This document shows positions 53,130-64,000 of a DNA stretch of 64,000 bases, in pieces. Below the pieces are notes generated by a model. The model did not search any database and was not told where the DNA came from. It saw only the letters and a program-made list of their open reading frames with translations. Within the stretch, counting starts at the first letter, position 1. Every line of letters starts with the position of its first letter. Source of the stretch: Octopus sinensis (Eukaryota); the NCBI RefSeq assembly GCF_006345805.1, contig NC_043007.1, forward strand, positions 72,788,001 to 72,852,000, given 5' to 3'. Made by a program: the position numbers and the translations under genes.

Positions 53130-53525
53130 GAGAAGAAGTGCTTGGAAGCTTAAAGATACTGCAAATGGTCAGAGATTTAGAGACATACTACTTGAAGCCT
53201 TTAACAAAATAGAAGGGGATATAGCTTCACATGGTGTAGAAGACAACTGAAGATTTCTATAGGACAACCTGCTGAGAGCAACTGACCAGATCTGTGGATG
53301 GTGCAAAGTCCCCTCTCAACCCAAAATAACGTGGTGGTGGAACAATGTTGTAGACAGGGCTATTAGAGAAAAGAGACAGGCTTGGAAGGACTGGAAGAAC
53401 GGTGGTAGCAGGGAATTGTATGAGACTGCCAGAAGAGAAACTAGGAGACAGGTTTATTTAGCCAGAGAGAAGCAGATAAGCCCCTGTACCTGGCTTTCGT
53501 TGACATGGAGAAGGCCTTTGACAGA
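53130..53525 (+). mobile_element. RTE LINE ORF2 fragment with internal deletions
   Basis: 'tggtggtggaacaatgttgtagacagggc' and LYLAFVDMEKAFDR. Confidence 0.75.
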
Positions 53526-53598
53526 ACCTTAAATTTAAAGGTGAATTCTTTCGATTGTTGCAGAAATTCCACAGAGCTCATCAGTTCAATACCAAAAA

Positions 53599-54468
53599 GA
53601 CATGACATGTGAGGGTGATTTGCAAGGGCAGGGCCAATCCATAACATTACATGACATGTCGAACATTCACCAGAGGAACAGGGCCAATCCATAACATTAC
53701 ATGACATGTTGGGGAATCGCCAGAGGGGTAGACCCAACCCATAACATTACATGACATGTCAGAGATTCGCCATACGGGCAGGGCCAACCCATAACATTAC
53801 ATGACATGTTGGAAATTCGCCAGAGGGGTAGACACAACCCATAAGGTTACATGACATGTCAGGGATTCACCAGAGGGGCAGACAAACCATAACATTACAT
53901 GACATGTTAAAGATTCTCCAAAGGAGCAGGGCCAACCCATAACAGTACATGACATGTCAGATTCGCCAGAGGGGCAGACCTAACCCATAACATTACATGA
54001 CATGTTGGAGATTCGCCAGAGGGGCAGGGCCAATCCATAACATTACATGACATATCGGAGATTCACCAGAGGGGTAGAGCCAATCCATAACATTACATGA
54101 CATGCTGGAGATTCGCCAGAGAGGCAGACTCAACCCATAATATTACATGACATGTCAGGGATTCGCCAGAGGGGCAGACCCAATCCATAACATTACATGA
54201 CATGTCAGGGATTCACCAGAGGGGCAGACAAAACCATAACATTACATGACATGTCGGAGATTCGCCAAAGGGGCAGGGCCAACCCATAACATTACATGAC
54301 ATGTCGAAAATTCACCAGAGGGACAGGGCCAATCCATAACATTACATGACATGTCAGGGATTCACCAGAGGGGCAGACAAAACCATAACATTACATGACA
54401 CGTCGGGGATTCGCCAGAGGGGCAGAACCAACCCATAACATTACATGACATGTCGGAGATTCGCCAAA
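53599..54468. repeat. Minisatellite, ~50-bp unit, ~17 copies
   Basis: Unit consensus approximately CCATAACATTACATGACATGTCGGAGATTCGCCAGAGGGGCAGGGCCAAT, recurring every 48-51 bp. Confidence 0.97.
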
Positions 54469-57400
54469 GTAAAATAAATAAATGAAGACAGACCAATTTT
54501 ACTTGAAAAATTTTTAATAAAATAAACAATAAGATCTACAAAGATTGTAAATTTACAAACACACACATATATTAGTGCTTATATAAAGTAAAACATTTTG
54601 CATATGAAATATTTGTAAATATCTGTAAATGGTTTGTCAAAGTAGTTCCCATTTCCTACGTGAACCAAAATTACCTCCCCTATTATCATGGCAACAAATA
54701 TTTAAAGCATTTAGCATTCAGCTTATTCTGTCAAATGTAATGCTTATTTATTCAAATTGTTTCGAACTAATCATGCATAACCTCATAACTTTAATGATGT
54801 GATTGTTCATTTTTAATATGACTTTATAGGGTAGGTGCAAGAGGCTGGATCTGGTTGGTTTAATTGCTTATGGGTTAAATAAAACATGGTCAACAAAACA
54901 CTTTAAAACAGAGAACCATAATTTTACAAAAGTATAAAATGGAATGAGTTGGCACCATAAAATGTAATAAGAATTTTTGTACAAAAGTAGTAAACATAAA
55001 CAGAAAATTGTAATTATTGGTATATATCAACAGACTGATGTCAGTTTTGTTCCTTTTTGTTGTAAAAATAATACTTTGAAATTATAAATGGTAAAATATT
55101 ATAATATTAATTGGAATATGAATAATTTATTTATCATTGTCAGGTTTACAGGCTTCAGTCTTCTTTGGAATAGCTTGCTAGTAAAATATATATATGTATG
55201 ATGAAAAGTGAGTAATAAAAATATATGTATGATGAAATATATACATGATGAAAAGTGAATAATTAACAAATTTTAATTAATCGTGAATCTTGAAATATAA
55301 AATCTCACCATCATTATCATCATCATTGTCATTTAACATGTTTTCCATACTGGCATGGGTTGAACTTTTTGACTTGAGCTGACTAGTTGGAGACCAGCAC
55401 CAAGCACCAACTATCTGCTTTGGCATAATTTCTATGGCTGGATGTCCTTAACAATGAAATCCATCTCCATAGGATGACAGTAAACACAAATGTAGCTCTG
55501 TTATTATGCATAATTTTTTCCAAACAATTATGTTTAAACCTATTCATGGCCAAATCTAACTTCTCTATATGTCAATGTAGAGTATTGTTTTTGCATGAAG
55601 AAAAATGTGAATCCATCTAGTTTTAGTAATTAATACCACAAATTCATTTTCTTTTCAATATGGAATATTAAAAAAATAAAACATAATATTTAATGGTTTT
55701 AAAACCTTTCTGATGATGATCAATCTTATAAACATGAATATTTATTTTATATGAATCAATATCTTTTAATATATACAAAAATAAATGTGTCATAAGAATG
55801 TATATACCCAACCAACATTGGAATTTCTCTTCTTGTAGATTCAGATATGCTTCTGTCCATAATCTCAAGCATAGTATCAAAATTAAAGAATTAATAGATT
55901 TCGACATATGTCGCAAGTTCATCAAACTAACCTTCAGAAAATTAGAAGAATACAGATTCCAATGAAAATGAATGAGTATTTAAAACAAATGCTATCAAAA
56001 TAGAAAGACAAATATTATGATAAAAGATTTCTTACAAAACATTAATTAATCATTCTTAAATTTAAAAGAATTGTTGTATGTGGAGGGTTTGTTTGAAATA
56101 ACTGAAAAGAAATCAATATTGTAATACTAGAATGGCAAACTTCAATAAAACTCATAAAATCATAATTGATTAGTTTATAAAGAATTTGGTATTTTCAAAT
56201 AAAAATTTGAATAATTATCATTATCAAGTCTCAGTTTGTAAATAGTATGTGTGTATGTGAGTGTGTGTGTATGGCTAGATGGTGTGAATGTGTACACATA
56301 CATATATAATTGTATGTATAACAGGATTCAGACACACACATCCATACAACATCCATCACTCAAATTAGAGTGGCTTGGTAGCATATTTTACATCCCTGTG
56401 AAGAATGAACATGCAAAGTATAATTTAACAATCTCTTCTCTTATATTCTAAACTGCATGAAATGTCCAGTTTTTTGCTACATACTTTGGATTTAGAAAGT
56501 ACTTATTTTCATTTAACTAGTTAACTTAACTAATTAATATTCCATTGCTTGTTAATAGCTAGTGAATATTACTAGTATTCATCCTGAGTATTCTATTAGC
56601 TAAATATATGTTAGAGTTAATTGCCGGGATGATTGAGATCCTCACAACTTTACGCACACACACACATGATTACGAGCCACTGGGGTAAACAAAACCCTTT
56701 TTCCTCAGAGTGAAAGGTAGATTGTATGATGTTTTCATGCTCTATTGTAGTGAAACTAGGGACTTGAATACAGAGGATTTGAGTAGACGAGAAAGAAATG
56801 AAGCAAGCATGCTTTGTTGGATGTACATGAAAGACATAGTACAGATATGCTGAGAGAAAAACTGGGCACAAAATGAATCAGATGTAGAATGCAAGTAAGA
56901 TGACTCACTGGTAGAGACAATTGATGTGCATGGATGAGGACAACTTAATAAACAAAGTACCAGTCATTTAATGTAGATAGAGCTTTTGGAAGAGAGATAC
57001 TTGGAAAGACATGGGGAAAAATTATGAAAGCTGATCTCAAGACCTTGAAGCTCACAGAGGATGATACTGAATTAAGGTGACTGGAAATATGCAGTTCAAA
57101 TCCACTCATCTCAGTAACACAGATTCTAGAAGCACAATCTGTATGTACATATATATGTGTATAGGCACAATTGGGTCCTCTCACCCATTTTCCTTTTGAA
57201 GACAACCCCACCACCAATCGTCTCTCTAACTGCAGTATTCTGCTGTTGTAATTTAATATTAGTTGAACTGCATATATCACCAGCTTTCCTCTACACCACT
57301 TATTTCACATGATTCTTCATACTGTTTTATTTGCTTGAACTGATGAATACAAATTTTCCTCTAAGCCTGCAGGAGCCAACAGAAAATGGCATTATCATAA

Positions 57401-57486
57401 GAAAATCTTGGAGATGCTTCCTATTCAGGGTCATTAAAAGTTCAATAAATTTACAATTTAATAAACTGTCTGAATTTTGGAAACTT

Positions 57487-57867
57487 TACTCTTTTATTTG
57501 TTTCAGTTATTTTGACTGCGGCCATGCTGGAGCACCGCCTTTAGTCGAGCAAATCAACCCCAGAACTTATTCTTTGTAAGCCTAGCACTTATATTTGTCT
57601 CTTTTGCCGAACTGTTAACTTACGGGGACATAAACACACCAGCATCGGTTGTTAAGCAATGTTGGGGACACACACACACAAACATATATACACATACATA
57701 CATATATATGACAGGCAACTTTCAGTTTCCATTTACCAAATCCAGTCACAAGGCTTTGGTCAGCCCGAGGCTATAGCAGAAAACACTTGCCCAAGGTGCG
57801 ACACAGTGGGACTGAACCTGGAACCATGTGGTTGGTAAACAAGCTACTTACCACACAGCCACTCCTG
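57487..57867 (-). mobile_element. SINE family A
   Basis: Reverse complement of the family A consensus. Confidence 0.85.
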
Positions 57868-58081
57868 TCCTATCCTCATAAAAATATAATTATTTCTCAC
57901 AGTAGCATGTCAATGAAGTAGGCAAGAGTAAAAAATAAGTTGTTTTGTTTTTTAATGTTAAATGTGGATTTTGCTGTTTTTGTCTCTATGAGAGAAAGAC
58001 GAATACAGAACGTCAGGTAAGGGAAGGAAAAAGGCAGAGTGAAAAGGTAATAGAAAAGCAGGAAGGATCCAGGATGAGATA

Positions 58082-58386
58082 TCTTTATATATAAAACTAA
58101 AGTTGTGGGTGTGTCTGTCTACTCCGATTTTGATCCCTAAATACTCCCACATTTTGCGGTGCAGTTTAACCAAAATCGGGTATCTTATAGTCGTGATTCA
58201 TATCAAGCCCTTCTGGGTATTACCGCGCATCTACGATGAGTCTAAGATTTAAAAAAAAATTTACCATCACTGTTCCGCATTTTTAATGCATTTTTTGCTC
58301 GGTTTATATAAGGGAAGTAACTCTCTAAAAATGCTTATATAGTTATTTCCCTTACAAACCCGAGCAACGCCGGGCGATACTGCTAA
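58082..58386 (+). mobile_element. Non-autonomous Helitron, same family as 50041-50344, opposite orientation
   Basis: A|TCtttatatataaaa...hairpin cccgagcaacgccggg (58359-58374)...CTAA|T. Confidence 0.85.
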
Positions 58387-58448
58387 TAAAATTAAAAGAA
58401 TGGAACCAAATCTTTGTTAAAACAAATGAATCCAGCCTATGAATCCTT

Positions 58449-59152
58449 TTAAACTGATGAGTCATTGTACTCATTGATCTGTTCCAACATATAACTTACA
58501 GGGACTGAAAAAATACTACGTTCACATCCATCTGAAAAGTTTGCACTGTAATCAGGCATTTCATTTAAAGATTCCATTTTCTTAGGGCAAATATATTTGT
58601 CTTCAAACCAATTGGAATTATTTTCTTCAAATGTGGCAGCATTCTTAATTGTGTTTGTCAAAGAGTTAAATTTATGATTGAGCTTGTTACTCTTGACACG
58701 AATAGCAAGCTCTTGATGCACTCTTGATCGATGGATTTTTTTAATAAGTGAGTTCAACTCTTTTGTAAGAGTGTAACACTTGATTGAAGGTAATTCACTG
58801 CTGATACTGGAGATTGGTACCTGAGGAAACTTACAAATGATAAGTTTGTTGCTTGCATTAAGTTCTCTAAGAAGGGAAACTGTCAAAAAATTTTAAAAAT
58901 TTATGTAATCTTGGTTGCTTTTCCATGCCTGAATTCTTTTGTGAAGAGCTTTGGAGTAAACAAGAATTATAAAATCAGACTTTTGAATTTCTAAACTCAG
59001 TCTTAATGGATCACCACCTTTCACTAGCCGAGCAGCAACTTCTAGTTTACATTTACTCTTATTCATGAAAGATATAAACTTATCAATGGCTTCACAGTGG
59101 TAAGTATGGTCCTCTGTATAAAATAACAGCCCTCTTTTCTCTTGGAGTGTTC
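58449..59152 (-). pseudogene. Gene B terminal exon: SEFIR domain + C-terminal tail of an IL-17R-like protein, with an in-frame TAA at 58893-58895
   Basis: Phase-1 acceptor attttcag; LLFYTEDH..H..AIDKFISFM..CKLEV..QKSDFIILVYSKALHKRI..DYINF*NFLTVSLL..KLIICKF..LPSIKCYTL..L fits SEFIR; ends ..EYNDSSV*. Confidence 0.88.
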
Positions 59153-59574
59153 CTGAAAATATAAATTCACACAATCAATAATAAAATATCAACAATATAT
59201 GAGAATTAAAGGTGTGAAATTCTTTAACTACATACAAGATCAACAGAATTAATCATACCATTTTAAATGGCCCAGAAAAATAAAATTCCAAAACCAGCCA
59301 CAATAAAACTTGAATTCAGAAAAGTGAGATTTCAAAATAGATATAATCATCTACAGAGGAAGTAAAGAAGTTATGTGATCACTTGACATGCAAGAACTTT
59401 TAAATGTGACCTTAAAAAATGTGGCTGTGTAATCTTAATCTGATATCAGTTATTAAAACAAAGGTTATTGAATTTCTAGAGAAATAGCTCATTCCTAATA
59501 ATAATAACTCTAAGCCATGTTCAAAGACACTTCACTTTACTAACTTAGTCACCAACTTCTTAAATTGATCTTTT

Positions 59575-59890
59575 TATGTGTTTCAGTTATTGGACTGTGG
59601 CCATGCTGGGGCAGTGCCCAATAGTTATTTTTTAAGTCTGGTACTTATTCTATCAGTCTCTCTTGCCACACAGCTATATTATAAGGATGGAGACAAACCA
59701 ACACCAGTTCTCAAGAGATGGAGGGGAACAAACAAAAATACACACGCACTGTCGATTTCTTATAATTTCAATCTTCCAAATGTACTCAGAAGGCCTTGGT
59801 TGGCCAAAGGCTACAGTAGAAGACATTTGAACAACAAGTCACACAGTAGGACTGAACCTAAGATCACATTGTTTGGAAGCAAGCTTATAT
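59575..59890 (-). mobile_element. Old SINE family A copy shared with the duplicated segment at 43425-43655
   Basis: Identical junction 'ccacagtccaataactgaaacacataaaaagatcaatttaag' in both copies. Confidence 0.8.
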
Positions 59891-60849
59891 ATCAATAAAA
59901 ATATTCTCACATTCACACACACATATAAATAATGATAAGACAGGCTGTAAACTTTCATTCATCGGAGAATCTAGGCTGTTTTATTTCACTGAACATTTCT
60001 GTGAATCTGTTGTAGTCCACCTAGCTGTAATAAGTATCTAATAAACCAATATCACAATTAGTTATAGTAGTATTACTATTACTGTCATGATTATTACAAT
60101 CTCTGTTGATATATAATTATTACTTTGTCACCTATTATTGCTAATATAATCCTACTGCTGTTATAACTAGTACCACCAGCACTTCTTATTTTGATATTAG
60201 CAACCACAAGCTCTATCAATCATTCATTCTTCACATATATTCTAACAACCTTTACCTATCTTTCTTCATCCTTCTGTCTCTATGCTTTCTTCTATATTAC
60301 CTTCTGGAACATGTTACCTTGAAGGTACACTCAAGTACCTCATCACCACAATCTCTCTTTTGGCACCATTCCCTGTAACCCACCTACCCTTATATGATAT
60401 TGGGAAGCCTTGAATCTCCCCAACAGCAATAAACTTTTCTGGTTTTTCCCATCATATTTGAACCTCACATAAAACCAACTCATACTCTGATACTCTCTCT
60501 CTCAGTCTTGCAGATTACAAGGCAACATCACTAATGCTGGTGCCACCAGTACATATTTTCAAGTAGATGGCATAAAGAAGGCAATCCAGCCACAAGAACA
60601 ATTGGAGAGAGATGTGATCCTCCAGTCTGTTGGATCTTGCTGAAATGATCAATTCATGCCAGCATGGCAAGCGGACATGTTATGACCATAATATTAAAGA
60701 CTGCTTTAAAGATCGATGAGTTACCTCTTCTAGGTTCAGTAAAAAAGGCAGAGATAACAATGTTCTAGGATGCCCAGGAGGCTCCCTAGAAGTAGCAGAT
60801 AGTTTCTGTTATCTAGGTAACCTAATTATCAGTGGAAGCAATGGAAGTA

Positions 60850-63555
60850 TAGGATAAGGAGCAGTTAGAGAAAATTTAGAGAACTTTTAACTCTTTTAGT
60901 AACAAAAGTCCTCTCTCCCAGAGTGAAAGGCAGATTGTATGATGCCTGTGTATGAAACAGCAATGCTTTATGGTTGTGAAACTTGTTCTAAGAATTCAGA
61001 AGATATGTAAAGACTAGAGAGAAATAAAACTAACATGCTATGATGGACGGGTAATGTTAGTGTGCGTGTGCAACAAAGTACGTATGTACTGAAAGAAAAA
61101 ATGGGCATTAGAATCATCAGATTAGAATCATCAGATATTCTTGAACATATGCTGGGCAAGCCCCAGGTGTCTTTCATGGAGAGCATGGGGGCCATGGAAT
61201 TGGTTCCTGAAATGAGGAGGGAACAAGGCTACTGGAGATCAGTGATGCAAATGACTTAATGATCTGCAACACCAACTTCAGAAAGCCAGCCAGTCACCTG
61301 ATAACCTACAAATCTGGTGACCATGCTACACAGATTGATTACATTCTCACCAGAAAGTGGGATTCATGGCTGCTCATAAATGCAAAGACCTTCCCTGGAG
61401 AAGAATGTACCACACAGCATAGGTTACTCATTAGTTACTTCAAACTACTGGCACAAAGGATCCCAAGAAGCAACCAAGTTTCGAAAAAGAAGATATGGAA
61501 GCTTAAGGATCCTTTGAACAGTCAGAGATTTAAAGATGTCCTAAATGAAGCATTTAATGAGAAGGAGGAGGACTTGTAACATAGAGGATAACTGGAAGCT
61601 CCTACAAGACAACTTACTGAGAGCTACAAACAAAATTTGTGGCTAGTGCAAAGTGCCAAACAGGCCTAAGGTGATGTATGGTGGAACAGTGTAGCTGACA
61701 GGGCCATCAGAGCAAAGAAACAGGCTTGGAAGGATTGGAAGGGTGTTGGTAGCAAGGAGCTAGATCAGGCAGCTAGAACGGAAGCTAGGAAGCAGGTATA
61801 TTTAGCCAGAGGTAGAGCAAAAAGGAAGAAGTTGACCAATGTTCTGCAGCATGAGGACCATCAGCTTCAAGTGTTTTGGTTTGCAAGACAGTGTGCCAGG
61901 GAAAATTATGATGTGGGAGAGAAGTGTGCTCACATGGATAATGGTTCACTTGCATTTAGTGACTCAGCAAAAAGAGGCTTGAAAGTGCCTCTATGAAAGG
62001 CTGCTAAGTGTAGAGAACTCATGGGAGGAGGAGAGTCTGCTTATGGATCCAACAGAGGGACTATCAATCCAAATAGACAGAAGCATTTTAGGCAAAAATA
62101 TGAAAGATATGAAGATGGGGAAAGCCTTCGGCCCATCAGGAATCACCACTGAGATGCTTAAAATATCTGGTGGTGTGGGCTATGGTTTAGTTGCCCATAT
62201 ATTTAAGCAGGTAGTACACAAAAAAGACATACCCAATGGCTGGTGTAGCAGCACCATAGTCAACTGCTACAAGGTGACACCTTAGATAGAAATAATTACA
62301 AAGGCATCAAATCGTTGGAACAAGTGATGTAAGTCACGGAGAGGATCATAGCCCAACTAATTAGGGAGAGAATTGGTTTAGATGAGATGCAGCTTGGTTT
62401 TGTGCCAGGGAAAAGGCACCTCTGATGCTACATTTCCAGAGTGGCAGTTGCAGGTGAAGTACCTAGCCAAAGATAAACTTCTGTACTTGACTTTTGTTGA
62501 CATGGAGAAAGCCTTTGACAGGATCTCCTGTTCCCTTATCTGGTGGTCAATGCAGAAACTAGGGATAGATGAGTGGTTGGTGAGAGTAGTACAAGCTATG
62601 TACAAGGATGCAGTCAGTAAGGTGAGGGTTGGCAACAAGTATAGCGATGAATTCAAGGTAGAAGTAAGAGTTCACCAAAGATCAGTCCTCCACCCACCTC
62701 TTGTTCATCATAGTCCTCCAGGCAATAACAGAGGAATTTAAGATGGACTGCCCCTAGGAGCTCCTCTGTGCTGAGGATCTTGTTCTTAAAGCTGAATCAC
62801 TACCAGAACTAGAGAAGAAATTTCAGGCATGGAGGCAATGCCTAGAAGCAAAGGGCCTCAAATGTGTATAGATGAGGAGAGCTGTGTAAAGAAGTGCTGA
62901 TCTCTAACTGTAGAGGGAACCTGTGGAAGAGGTAGACCCAGGAAGACATGGGACAAGGTGGTGAAGTATGATCTTCAAATGTTGGGCCACACAGAGGCAA
63001 TGACTAGTGACCGAGACATTTGACAATATGCTATGCTTGAGAGGAACCATCAAGTCAAATGAAATCACAGTTATGGCCAATGCCGGAATCACATAACTGG
63101 TACCCATGTTGGTGACATGTAAAAAGCACCTTTCGAGTGTTGGGCCTCATGGAGGTAATGTGCAATGCTGGTGTCACATATCTAACACCTGTGCTGGTGT
63201 TGTATAACTAGCACCTGTGCCTTTCAAGAATCAGTCCTCACGGAGCAATGACAAATGACCAAGACCTTCAGCAATATGCCATGCTTGAGAAGAAGACCCA
63301 TCAAGTTACATGAAATCCTAGTTGTGACAGCTACCAGTGTCATGCAACTGGCATCTATGCTAGTGGCACATAAAAGCACCCATTATACTCTCAGAGTGGT
63401 AGGCATTAGGAAGGGCATATAGCTGTAGAAACCATGCCAAATCAAACTGGAGTCTGGTGGAGACTCCAGCCTGCCAGCCCTGGTAAAACTGTCCAACCCA
63501 TGCCAGCATGGACAATGGATGTTAAATGATGATGATGATGTTAATGATGATGATG
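60850..63555 (+). mobile_element. Rearranged RTE LINE (3' fragment, then APE-RT, then 3'UTR with (GAT)n tail)
   Basis: ICNTNFRKPASHLITY..QIDYIL; GPSGITTEMLK; VDMEKAFDR; ADD-region remnant; tail 'gttaaatgatgatgatgatg'. Confidence 0.88.
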
Positions 63556-64000
63556 ATATTTACATTTCATTTGATTGCATTCACTTAACCTTTGCTAGTT
63601 CCAAATAGTTTTTTATGAAGAAACAGAAGATGAATATAATAATTTACTATACACAACTGTTATAAGATCACTATGGAATGATAAAAATTAATCACCGAAT
63701 TTTGAACTTCAGCTCAGTATAGTTTTTTGATAGAGAATGTCTCTGCTCTGCTGTTATTTGCAAACACTGGAGGTTGTGGCGACTGGGGTTCTCTGCTATT
63801 TAAATAACACAAATGAATCTAACTAAATTTCAAACATTATCCACACAATGTGCCGAAAGAAACTACGATGGGGGCCCTCCAGGAGGTCCAGCATGAAGAC
63901 CGTTTTCCCACACCCGGTCATTCCACAAATAATTGCAGAGTGGGGGCCCGGTGGAAAGAGTTGATGATACGAAGTATCAGTATAAGTTGAGCACTGAGAC

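Noticed and set aside
53599-54468. CRISPR-like array (constant block plus variable block)
   Set aside because: The 'spacers' are homologous to each other, there are no cas genes and the context is eukaryotic; it is a minisatellite
55668-56000. Possible exon or ORF (- strand 85 aa; + strand acceptor near 55838)
   Set aside because: No recognisable domain, frames contain stops, and no partner exon or homology to the SEFIR copies
58893-58895. A-to-I editing (UAA to UGG) rescuing the in-frame stops here and at 8091-8093
   Set aside because: It would need double editing, and comparison with the paralog indicates a deletion created the 58893 stop; there is no positive evidence
37392-59152. Idea that the - strand SEFIR exon is the inverted or mis-assembled last exon of gene A (its phase fits the TM exon)
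   Set aside because: Gene A has its own degenerate + strand SEFIR exon at 44027, so the - strand exon belongs to a paralog

Overview
AT-rich, intron-containing eukaryotic DNA, most likely from an octopod cephalopod (inferred from its tRNA-derived SINEs, RTE LINEs and microsatellites; not verified by a search). Most of the window is decayed mobile elements: Ty3/Gypsy, RTE, CR1, Penelope-like, mariner/maT, non-autonomous Helitrons, MITEs and SINEs. The host-gene content is a pair of IL-17-receptor-like (SEFIR-domain) genes arranged tail-to-tail. Gene A (+ strand) has phase-compatible ectodomain and transmembrane exons at 4619-37538 and a broken SEFIR exon at 44027-44257 (about 112-nt deletion, stops, truncation by a Penelope-like element). 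Gene B (- strand) is represented only by its terminal SEFIR exon (59152-58449), which has an in-frame TAA inside the domain. The two SEFIR exons, their upstream intron and a shared SINE form an inverted segmental duplication. Other notable items: a minimal hammerhead-ribozyme motif (31862-31980), a SINE-5S rRNA chimera (32626-32890), a 2.7-kb TIR element with internal ~850-bp tandem repeats (46744-49416), a 50-bp minisatellite (53599-54468) and several intronic fold-back elements. All calls were made by eye, without database searches; repeat boundaries are approximate.
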